DNA from: Fimbriosthenelais zetlandica
Lineage: Eukaryota
Assembly: GCA_977030845.1 (NCBI GenBank)
Contig: OZ365109.1
Coordinates: 36,456,257 to 36,520,000 of the forward strand
Length of the DNA: 63,744 bases
Reading direction: 5' to 3'
A model generated the notes under the pieces. That model did not search any database. It was not told where the DNA came from and was given only the letters and a program-made list of their open reading frames with translations. The translations under genes were made by a program, and so were the position numbers. Each line of letters opens with the position of its first letter. Position 1 is the first letter of the stretch. This document shows, piece after piece, positions 52,601 through 63,744 of this stretch.

Positions 52601-52984
52601 GACTTGGGTGGAAGGGTTGTATGTCACGAGTATTCAATATATAGATAAGTGAGTGAGTACTGGGTCCTCTGTCACCACATTCCCCTAATGCCAGGTTCGT
52701 TACAGGCAAGATTTTAACCTTTAGTGGTTCATTCATTAATTTAATGTGTTTTCTTGCACTATTAAATGTTTTTTTGGTTAGAATTTTTATAGAGCCGTAT
52801 TATGGGTGAATACCAGCTCACACTCTTGATTATACAAGTTTATGTAGGATTTTCAGCTGGGGGATTTTTCTATGTGCATTACTACATTGCTTTCTGTGCA
52901 ATGGATATTTCTAGGTGCATGTGCTCTAGAACATAATGTACAACGCACCAACACCCTGAGGAGGGAGGCATTGGATATTGGACA

Positions 52985-53050
52985 GCTCGGGGTCTTGAAC
53001 CACAGACCCTTCTATCATTGGCGCTCTAACCAACTGAGCTAACTCCCTGG
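52985..53050 (-). pseudogene. tRNA-derived fragment (SINE head or tRNA pseudogene)
   Basis: Reverse complement reads GGGAGTTAGCTCAGTTGGTTAGAGCGCC...GGTCTGTGGTTCAAGACCCCG: D-arm/A box and T-arm/B box present, anticodon arm disrupted. Confidence 0.75.
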
Positions 53051-53199
53051 TCATGTTAATTCCATTGAAATATTTAACGAAAGAAGTGTTGCAAGTCTGT
53101 CAGTCGCTTCACATCTCTGGGTCATGGTCTTCTCGGTCTTGGAATTCACAAGGGAAAAAATAAATAGTGTAAATCCAGCCTCAGATTAAAAATAATCAC

Positions 53200-55600
53200 A
53201 TCCTCTGAATCGGTCAGTATAAAATGGATTTGCAATCTTTTATCTAATTGATCATTACAATCAGTTCAATCCGTTGAGTAATAATTCAGCGCGATGGCTA
53301 ATTATTCATAAAGTGATCCTACTGTAATGAAATGGCCAATTGGAAGCCAATTATAATTACCTCATTTCAGTTCCAAATGGACACCTAAACAGCTTCCTTT
53401 CATTTGCGGTCTCCATTGTGAAAACCGGTAAGGAGTTCAATTTTAAATTAATAGAAAACCATGTTCCCATTTGAATCTCGATTTCCCTGCATAGAATTTC
53501 ATGCGCTGTCTGAAATTTGGCATTCACTAGGAATGTGATTCATCCGGATATTTTTCCCCTGCCCTTGATAAGCTGAACAAAATGATAGGACATATTTATT
53601 GCTCCTAAGTATGACTTTACATCACTAAAAAGGGTGTTTTGGACGCATAAATCTTGTTTCCATTTAGATTGCCTTCTTTGTTGTGACCATAAAAATTCTG
53701 ATATTCTTGAGTCGATGTATCAGTCGACTCTATGGCCACAGTCTATACATACATCTCCACAGAGGCATGTTTCGCCTATAACCCCTTGTCCCCATGTTTA
53801 ATTCATACATTTCTTCTTCTATTCTGTATTTGTATAAACCTCCCATTCTTGAAGAAAAAATCGCTAGAATCAAAGCATCGGTGGCGGTGACCCACTCGTT
53901 CCAGTTGATAATTTATCAACCTCGGCTCGACTGGGTCTCTATATGGGCAAAGGGGCGCCCAGGGAGCCGTTCCCTTCCGGTTAGGATTTCATCCTGTCAT
54001 AAAGATGGAAGGAACTCCACCACTGTTCACAGGAGATAAACATGACCTGACTTGTCTGTGACAAGTCCCATTGGGGCTAAGTTAATACTGTGCAAATTAA
54101 CTGCACCAAATGACTCAGATAATTACTTATCAACCGTGCATTTAGCTTTGATGTTCAATTTTCATGGTTGAGAATAAAACTATATGGGACATTGTCACTA
54201 AGTAATGTACTTATCTTAAGCCTGGAACACACTAATCCCATTCTCCAAGCCGTCGCCATTGGAACTCCCATTTCTAATGGCATCCAAGGATTGAAATTGT
54301 GTCAGTGGTTAGCCTTACCTAGGTGAAACAAACTGGTAAAATTACGTGTGAATAGAAATACAGTTTCGGACAGCTATCGGATGGAGCCTGATAGAGAATC
54401 GTCTTAGTGTACTCCAGGCTTTACTCGGTCTACAGATTGGATGATCTTGCCACTTGTACACTACCTATAATTATCCATCAGCCCCTGAGGATCCACTTGA
54501 TGTATGTATGGGACTCCACCACGCCTTAGTTAAGTAGCTTAGACTAACCCGTGTTCATTCTGTACCAGGTACCTGCAAATTAATCAGTATTTCAGAGCTT
54601 TTGTGTTGCTCCGTTTAAGCATGATCCATATTGCCCAGGACCAAGCGACTTTAAAGGGCTGGGAGCATTTTTCATCTTTTGTGGGGGGATCAGAGGTGGC
54701 TTGAACGAACCATGCGCATGAATTCTACAAGAAGACATAGGGTGTACGCTTAACCTTGCCCTGAGTTAACAGATGCATCACTTTGAAGCCATTCTTCATC
54801 CACCCTCAACCTAGAAGGGAGATTGTTCCATGTAGGCTATACGGTTAAACTATTAGCTGAAAGCTGGTCCCTTTTTGCACATCGTGGTCTATTCTATGGG
54901 AAATATGCCTAATCATGCGGGAGTTATGGACCCGTGTTTTTTATTGAATTTGCTTTAACAAGGGTTCATAGGGATTAGGTCTGTTGTAACAGATGGGCCT
55001 TTATGATGTAACCCATTGTTAAACTGTCTATTACATCACTAACTGTAACATCCCATATAATCATGATATGAAAAATACTGACCTCGTTTCATATCAATCC
55101 AGTATCAATCATCTGTGCACAAAAGATGGCTGATTGCTTTCCCATTGTGGAGTTTTGTACCACAATTGTAACTGTGAAACTGCTTTCAAGTTTGTGTCAT
55201 GAAATAAGGACAGTGTTGCGACCAAAAAGAAAAGGTACATTATATTTAGCCTATAGAAGCAGTGTTCTGTGAACCCCTACAACATTAAATCAGACGAGGC
55301 ACCTGTCCTTGGACCTGTTGATGGCCACAACACAAGGGGTGATCCCCCCTATATCCTTGGCCTTCATTTAATGTGAAAGGCTTGCTCTGTTGTCATGGAA
55401 ACCTTGGATTACAAATACCAACCCCTTCCGACCTGAAAGGTTAGGGGTCAAGGTTCCCCACCCCCTCTTTCTCTAACGTTGCCCCGCTCTTAATAGTTAA
55501 CTTGGCAAAAGGTAAAATGTTTTGTTAAGGTTCCAGCGGTTTATGTATAGAGTGGGAGCCTCCATAGCTTATGATGTAAAGCTGTTAGTGAAGATAGAGT
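53200..55600 (-). mobile_element. Decayed DIRS1-like remnant (RH, MT, YR) with a MITE B insertion
   Basis: Minus strand: NTVLIS*H (RH); TDLIP..SKFNKK (~54940-54983), LGIFP (MT); WNEWV..LAIFSSRMGGLYKY (~53830-53905, YR N-terminus). Confidence 0.45.
54219..54420. mobile_element. MITE family B (exact TTA TSD)
   Basis: tta|agcctggaacacactaa ... ttagtgtactccaggct|tta. Confidence 0.93.
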
Positions 55601-56299
55601 ACCTATTCTTGCTGGCCAGTGCTGAGCATGTAATAACTCAAGACAACAATATGCTCCCACGTATGTACACCAGTACTGGAAATTCATATGGTCACAGTGT
55701 CGGGTCCAAAGGGAGGGGGCGGGTGTATTTCGGAAACATTTCTCAATGCAATTTTTCTCGAAAGCTAAAAAAGAAAAAAAAGAGAAAAAAATCCATGCAT
55801 GCGTTGAAGGGAGTGTATAGATCTATTAGGGATTATTTCCATTTCACAAAGGCATTCATTTACATATATATGTCTATGCCTTTTAAATGAAATTAGTAAG
55901 TCTACTTTTATCAATCTGAACTTCAGATTTGCCTTCAAACATCTAATTTAGACTTTATAATGAGGTCGGGCTTTTAATCGAAATTTTAACCAAAAACTTT
56001 GAACATTTGGAAAGGCAGGCAGCGCTTGACTGGTTTGCATTTCCACTGGATTGAATTCAGGTTGTAAAGCTGATCGCCTGTGACATCTCTTCATGTTCAA
56101 ACGAGTTAAAATGTTCTGAATAAATATCATCGAGTGGCTCTCAATTGCGGCCTACAATCCGGCAGATTGCTGACATTTACAACCCCCTCTCGCACAATGA
56201 CTATTTCTGCTATTTTGCTCGCTCGGCACGTGGAACTATTGTGGAAAATCGATCACGTTCACGTAACAACAGTGAAAATCACAATTAATTCAGGGTCCT

Positions 56300-59200
56300 T
56301 CCTCGTCTAGATTTTTTCGTAAGCACAGACTTGGTAAACATCTTTTTCTCCATAGTTCCATTTTTGTTTTGTTGACTTTTGTTTGTTGTGATGAGGTCGT
56401 TTGTGGTTTTATGAGAGAATATACTTTTAGAAGTTTGGATGAAACTGTGCTGGACCTTATACTCGGTCTGTCAATGTTTCTCAATGTCACAGAAGAGGAA
56501 GCCACATGTATTTTGGTTGATTGATCAGAAGAAGACCTATCTGAAACCAGAACTCTCAAAATGTAATATATCAACCAGTGCGGGTCAGTTACATGCAGTA
56601 GCCATTTTGGCATTTTGCCTTAAAGGTCCAAACAAATGGGTTGGCACTGACCACTTGTGTGGGTTCAACAATCCACATTCAGGCTTCTTATATCATGACG
56701 TATTAAGGGATTCAGTTAGTTACTATTCCCCTATTGTCCTTTGCACAAAGTACACATTTGGTCATGAAATTTTCAATGATTTTTATCCCTTTCACAATCC
56801 AATTATCGCTTTTTAAAATAGGATTTTTTTCTTGACGTCAATGTTTTTGAGAAGCAGCTGATTTGTTTCCCGATCCAGTTGATATTTGTACAGAAGATTT
56901 AAACCGGTGTTCTGTTTTGAATGCTGGAAACTGTGCCGGAAAGAGGCCACGCTGCTGCATCAGGACACATGGCATCTAGAGTGTTTCCTTGTCCAACTTC
57001 AGTTGACATACCTCATTGAATTTAACTCCTTGTGGAAATTGGGACCGTTTCCATGGGGACACCAGTTAACTGGCCTAATCTACTTACTTCGCTGACACAG
57101 GAAGTGCAGGGAAGAATTAGCAGTTGTTCTCCCTGAACTGACGGTCCTGGTGCATCCAATTGTCTTTCTTGTCTACATGGTCAATGCCGAATAGGCCCTT
57201 ATCGTATTGTCTATTGTAAAGAATATAGACAATAGACGTGGCCAGTTTCAGCTCACAAATATTGTATGTATACATTTGGGGCAGTATTGGCAGGGCGTAT
57301 AGACCTATATATAGAGGCAAATGGGAATTTGGCCAAGCCGAGAGGTATTATGGAGGATTTTCCATGCTCTACTTTTTGCACATCCCCACTCCTCCTCCCT
57401 TTCTATGTATACCGACACACCTATAGATCTAGCACATACTAAAAGTGCTCCCAGCTCAAGCTCACCCCTTCGATAAGCTCGCCTCTACAACATTGGAGCT
57501 CCGGAACTCCACCCTCTCTCTCTCTCCCTCTCCTCCACTTCTCCTGCTGCATTCGTCACACCCTAGAGGAACTGCCCATCGGTGCCCGATTCCAGCGTAG
57601 ATTAAGAGCTTGGGAAAAGGCACAGAAGCTGGCAGGGGGAGGGATTATGTGATATTATCTTGGTTCAGTCAGTGGATTTTATTCATCTGCTATCATGACC
57701 ATGATTAGGATTTTCACATGTAGGCGTCGGCCGGGGGGTAGAAGGAAAACATAGATGGTTCCGTTGGATCACTTACAAGAAGGGCCACTGCCAAACCACT
57801 GTTTCTATATACTACTCTTTCTATTACCGCTACTTCGACTTCTTTACCAGCACTCCCGTCTTGAATGGCACTGCCTGTAGCTTTAAGCTGATGGAGGCTT
57901 TGTCACGAACATGAGTCATGGATTAGGTGCACACAATTCACCATAATTAATGAGAGTCTACTTAAATTGCATTCCCTCCTCGGATGCATTACCTGTTAAA
58001 TCGCCATTCTCTGAGTGGATCGGATCATTACCCTGCAGCATTTTGCACTGAGATAGCAGTAACAAGAACGCAGGTGAAACATTGGAGATTCGACAGGTAA
58101 TTAACTAACTTCATTTACACTACCAATGGGTCTAAATTAGATTACACCCCTACCTGTTACCTGGAGCTGGCTATTTTCAATTCCCCCAACCAAGTCCCGG
58201 TGAGAGTTCACATGTAATTGCATGGCGTATATTGAATCTAGGTACAAGTGACAGTACTTGTCAACTGGTCATGCTGCACTGTCACACTTCCTCTGTCAGG
58301 TTAGTGAGTTTGGCTAACAAGTTGACAGCAGGTCTTTTTTACGGATCATCGGAGTCGCCCTCTCAACCTGCCTGTATTTGGGTAGTATGTTGAGGTTGAA
58401 GTCACCCATTCCAGCTGCTGCTTCAGCTGCTGCAGCTGATGTCAGCGGTGGTGGTGGTGGGGATGGGTGATGGTGGCAGTGGTGGTGGTGGTGGTGGCAG
58501 CAGCTTTGGCCTATGGTGGTTGTCTGGGTGGAGTCCTAGTTCAGTCATTGACAAAGGCAGAAGCAGCTGCTGCAGCAGCAGTAGTCAAAGCATACCTACC
58601 GGCTTTTAAAAGTGTACCACCATAACAAAAACACAAACCTCACGGACCCTTACATGGATGGAACTTATCCACCTAACTGACAATCCTGGATTTACCTTTT
58701 TTGTGAAAAAGTCATGAATTGACTATCATCAAGAGATCATGGACGACTCTTAATTGCTCAGAGAGAACACCTGAGCACTTAGTTACCTGGACCGGTGTCA
58801 TATAAGAAGCACCTGTCTACCATTGCTATAGTAGGAAACCCCAGAGATTTACCTCACCAATAGTAGCAGTGACAAGTCCTTCCCTGAAAGGGAGAATCCC
58901 TTTGTTCCTTGTCAGGGGACTTCCCCCGGATACGTTCAGACAGGATTTAGGTGCCATCCTACAATTGGACTAATGCAAAGACAGATGTTGTGGCAAGGAG
59001 AGTGGAATTATTCACCTGAATCGTGATGTCCACGGTGGTTTTCTACCTGTTCACATCATGCTTGTCCACCTTTACACAGATTCAGGTCTCGGTATCTGCT
59101 GTGTTGATGGTGGTGTGATGGCTTTCCACTGTTACAGACGCTCATGATTAAAGGATAGTAAGGCTGCTGCTGCGACAATTGTGGATTAGTGCACCGGGTG

Positions 59201-59300
59201 CATTCAATAACAAGGGATTACCGTGGACACCATGGGCGATCTGGATGATATAACATTCAGTGGTTTGATGTTTGAAGGTAGGATTATCTGATTATCTATA
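56300..59300 (-). mobile_element. Decayed DIRS1-like pol, probably two overlapping or nested copies
   Basis: Minus strand: ILPFREGLVTA (~58873-58905); a second RT run GRLRGRL..WFGSGPS (57750-58370); HGKSSIIP (~57342-57366); CPDAAAW (~56947-56968); ILKSDN (~56803-56820). Confidence 0.55.
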
Positions 59301-59759
59301 GGATGCCAAGTCAGCTTTGGTTTGGTTTGGTTTAACCAAACCTTTCAGAGCATTCACCAATACATTTTGTGAAACTCGCGTGAGTGTATCTCATTTGATT
59401 TTTTTGGGCCAGTATTGAAATATGGGCTGTCATATTGATGGTGGTTCTGATTCTCAAATAACTGCCCCTATATTATCCGGCAGACGTTTTTAACCCTGGA
59501 ATAACCCACCAAAGGCTTTATGTATAGATTTAAGTTAATGCGTGAAAGTCTTGAATCTGTAATAAGTTTGGTGATCCGACAGTAGGATATCTCATTTACA
59601 GTCATTCGTGTTTCCATGGTGATCAATAGTGAAGCTAGGATGCCGTTAACACCTGATTTGGCTGTGGTTGATTTTGGCTTCCAGTCAGTTGAGGTGTGAT
59701 TCTCCTGACGACCATCAGGTCGTGGTTGGCCTCTAATGGTCCCTCTCAACCCGGCTTAA

Positions 59760-59952
59760 AACCACAACTCCACTGCTGCGATTTGGCTTGCGACACTACC
59801 GCGGAAAGGTGATGTTTGTGTTGTAATAAAATTTATAAAATGACGTTGAAATGTCCAAGGCGGTCCTCCAATGGTGCATTTTTCATTTCGACACAAACAT
59901 CACCTTTGTCGCAGGATGTCTCAAGGAAAATCGCAGCAATGGAGTACTTCCT
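59760..59952. mobile_element. MITE family D (diverged termini)
   Basis: actccactgctgcgatttggcttgcgacac ... aaaatcgcagcaatggagtacttcct|tta. Confidence 0.88.
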
Positions 59953-60149
59953 TTAAGCTGGCCAGTAACAAAAATAAGACACACACACGATGAATAGGGA
60001 ATTAATCCCTCGCTAATTGGGCATCAAACGCCTATAAGAGTGTTCTGTGGATGCTGATAAAGTCTCTGGAGCATCGTTTGTCTGCATTTGTACACTTTAC
60101 GGTCTGTAGATAGCTTAGGCTTCTTTTTGGTATTCATTTCTCGCCTCTT

Positions 60150-63100
60150 GGTAATATGAAGTGAAGAAGCAATAGGCCTGCCTCATTCTTTATTTAATGG
60201 TCACCTGTACTGTTAAACAGATAGGACCCCAGTTTTGTTGTCTTATATCTGAGGCATCTACATCACTTAGCTACTGATAAGCAGCTGTGCATAATTGATG
60301 GGGTTCTATATTCATACAACGACTGGGATAATGGATGTGCGTGCGTGGGGATATAAATAACAGAAAGACTAATACCTGTATGGACGTCAACGCAAATCCA
60401 TTTGACCACAGGGTTTCTATTATTACTCGGCTGGTTAAATCTATTATCTTACCTCTATTGCATCTGTTTGCATTACCTTTCTCGAACTACATCATGATGT
60501 ATCCTTTGTTTACATAATCCTTTGATGTAAAGGACATTTGGCATATGGACAAAAGAATAGTCTTTTAGAGCGGCATCAATCGATTATATATTGGCCACTG
60601 TAGGATTCTGTTTAGATCTTTGCGCCAGAAACCAGTAATTTTTCTCAGATTTACGTACTAGTTTTTGACCTGTTCTACTTTCTTGTTTGAGTTTGAACAG
60701 TGGGGCGAGTGTAAGTTGTGAGACAGGCCTGGTCTTGAGCAGAGAGCTCAATCTGTTAGCTCACTCTGTGTGGGAGAGTAAGGTGGGAAGAAGAAGTGGA
60801 CTTCCTGTGAGTGATAGCACAGGTAATATGTCAAGGGGCGACTTACCAGGGTCACACTGGTTGACCTTCTTCCGACCTCTGCCACACGACTTTATCCATA
60901 ATAAAAGAACTGCCTTTACTTTCAAAGCTGAGACTCGCAGCCTGAGCTGCTCTGAAGATAGCCTTCATGAAACAGACTTGTGAAAGGAAAGGAGGAAAAT
61001 GAACGCACTCATTTAGTCAGTCAACCTCAAAGCAATACATTTCCCTTCAGCCTAATTAATCATCGGAGTCAACTGGGCTTTTGTGCTTCCCAATGGCTTG
61101 GATTATTATGTTTGCAGGGAACTCTGAATATTTTATATTTCCAGCTATACAATCATTATCATTGTAAATCTCGAAATAAATCCCATTATTGTTAGATCCT
61201 TTCACAATGCAGAGCTATATATTATACATCAATGAAACATAGATGAAGTTTTGGTTTTTACTCTATAAATCATCTTACAAAGGATGTTTGAAAAAAACAT
61301 CAACCACTGAACTATCAAGCAAATCATTCAATCTCTTGAATTTTACATACCATGACCACATGCAACAAACCTTCTCCACAGAATGGAGCCTTTTTTGACT
61401 GTATTAGTGTATATGTCAAAATGAAGGATGATAAATTACGCAACAAATGTCAGACCTTTGGCTTACGAGCGTATATACAGTTGAGGGTCAGTGATATGAA
61501 CCTTCCGGGAACCGTATACAACGGGAAAGACTCCTCTTCTTGCTGCTGGGCTTTGCAGTAATACAAATTGCCTCCCATCATTAAAAGACTTATTGCCACG
61601 AGAAGATAGACAGTCACCTAAGATTGACTGTCAGCCAGACTTAACTTCTACTCTTACTTCTAGAAGGAGGTCCTATTTTTAGAAAGAAGGAGGCGTTACA
61701 AGTTCGATGACTGATTTGATGGACATAACAGCATCAACATTTCCTCGCCCTCCACATTCAAACTCTAGCTGTCACTATTTGATGAAATGTGCATCGATCA
61801 TGAATGCTCCCACCAAGGTATTTTCCTATATCAGAAAGCTTGGATAGGTATATGGATTATACAGAACTGCAGGCTTTTAGCTTAAATCTTCTGCAGTAAA
61901 GAAAAAATTGTATCTTCTGTGACTTCTATTGGAAGGAAAATATTGAGCATATAAGTACTGCGCGCTCACTTTATTTGGTAACTATTACCCAGTGAATATT
62001 GCATCAAAAATGTTTTTTATGTGAAGAAATGCACATTGGTGGTCTGTGTGGCAATGGATAAAATACTGGCGAATCTCCCAATGTCCTGAGTGCCGAGGAA
62101 TGGGTCCTGCATGCCCTAGATCTGTGCAAGGGCTTTATTTTATCAGCGGGAACCCTGGAATTTGCTGATATCATAGGCCTGGATACCCTTGACTCAGCCT
62201 TGCCGCTTGTTCCCATGTCCCATGATTCACCCGCCTTATAAAAACAGCTGGGGGTGCCCCAAGTTTGCACATGGCATTGTTTCCCTCACTTGCATAAGTG
62301 AATATTGCATTGATCTTCCCTACGAGGCCACGTCACAGGGTCATGACCCCATTTCCCAATTAATTCCCATCGCTTACTTAATGCCGGCACTCCAAGGCTG
62401 AATGCTTAGCATAGCATTAGAGAAGTGAACAACAGGCTGAAAATGATGAATTGCCTGGGTGATATTGGTTAGATTTCAATTAGAAGGGTGTGTCTAAAGG
62501 AACAAATGTAAGATGGCTATGAATAATGTCTGGTATTAATGATATAACAGTCATGCCTAGTCTCCTTTATCTCTCCCGTATCGGGCTGATCTTAGTACAA
62601 AGTCTGGTAACAAAGGCAATCGCTTTTCTCTTCTCATTTACAGAGACTTAGAAACAGATGGTGATGGATTGATGGCAATACTCAGCAAGCTTTGTGCTTG
62701 CTTTTGATGAATGGCATAGTTGATAATGTGGAATAAGGCTTGGCCGTCCCTTTATTCGACCATTGAGTGACTGAGGGAGAGGTATTGGAATTTGATGGAT
62801 AACTATTGTGATAAACATCACACAAAAAATGAATTCCCAGATACCAGTGTTCTATGCTTTAAGCTCTTCAGCGTGATTAGACTGGTTTTAATATTTATTG
62901 AAATGTCCCAACAGAAATGGTTTTCTGTTTCATTCTAGATAATATTTATCCTTTCTTTGACTGCTTCTACGGAAGCTATCATTCTCATCAAATATGTATA
63001 CGTTTCATCTTCGTGATTCCGGGTTACTGAAAATGTCTACTTTGCAGGTATTGTTCAGCAGCACCCCTGTTCATCATCATCGTCGGCGGCCAATAAAGCT

Positions 63101-63500
63101 ATTAAGGCAACGTTAATATGGGCTGTTGCATAAATCTCTCTTGGAAATACCCCCTGGTGCATAGCTTCTTATTGAGCTGATACACTTGTAACTGGGCAAT
63201 AATTGACAGCGCTCTCATCGCTCCATAGTACTGCAAAGCAAATATGACAATTTGTAATGATTTCTCCTCAAATCTATTTACCCAGCGCTTCTCCGGGGAG
63301 AAATGGATGCTTTAAAATATGTTGATTGGCAGTTTTCTCCGATTTTAGAATCGATCAAGCATTCAGAATGGAGAGAAGCAAGAAATATGTCTGCTCGCTC
63401 CAAGGAGCTATGTTATTAATGCTGTCAGGGGTGGGTAAATGAAGCATTAGTGGACAGAAGGTACCGGACAAGCAGTCAATTCAAGTGGCTCTAATGCGTT
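60150..63500 (-). mobile_element. Decayed near full-length DIRS1-like pol+YR
   Basis: Minus strand in order: YLQSRHF (63031-63051), TMPF (~62712-62724), ISPRQFIIF (~62440-62468), LYAQYFPS, WRRFVAC (~61358-61379), FPFTSL, AKCPL, VKWICVDV (~60384-60408), PHART. Confidence 0.65.
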
Positions 63501-63744
63501 TTAGTGCCAGTCCCATAACAGATGCCGATCCGTCATTCTCTCCTTTTACACCCCGAAGACGTTGAGCGATTCAATAGAAAATGCTAAATTATTTCTAATT
63601 GAGAATAAACAGTTACTCCCCCCCCCCCCCCCAAAAAAAAAAAAAAAAAAAAATTAGGACGATAACACCATTGGATAACCTCACCAAAGAAAATTCCCCC
63701 CATTTTGGTATTTTCTTTAGCGTGAATGACCAAACCTGTTTAAA

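Noticed and set aside
52985-53050. Functional tRNA gene
   Set aside because: The anticodon arm and acceptor stem cannot be formed.

Overview
Eukaryotic, probably animal, genomic DNA with two assembly gaps; nothing prokaryotic is supported. The window is mostly intron of one plus-strand protein-coding gene. I can support exons at 19078-19184, 38324-38338, 38539-38616 and 43109-43807, and possibly 51737-51808. They join in frame through phase-1 junctions and encode a charged coiled-coil followed by an acidic and Pro/Ser/Thr-rich region; I cannot name the gene. Hand translation of the minus strand shows that most remaining sequence is about 15 heavily decayed DIRS-order (tyrosine-recombinase) retrotransposon remnants with RT, RNase H, Dam-like methyltransferase and YR motifs. 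Every remnant I recognised is on the minus strand, antisense to the gene. Younger palindromic MITEs are inserted into them: several TTA-TSD, PIF/Harbinger-like families and one family with no TSD. There are also mini- and microsatellites and a tRNA-derived fragment. DIRS calls rest on motif matches by eye across stops and frameshifts, so boundaries are approximate and need profile-HMM confirmation.
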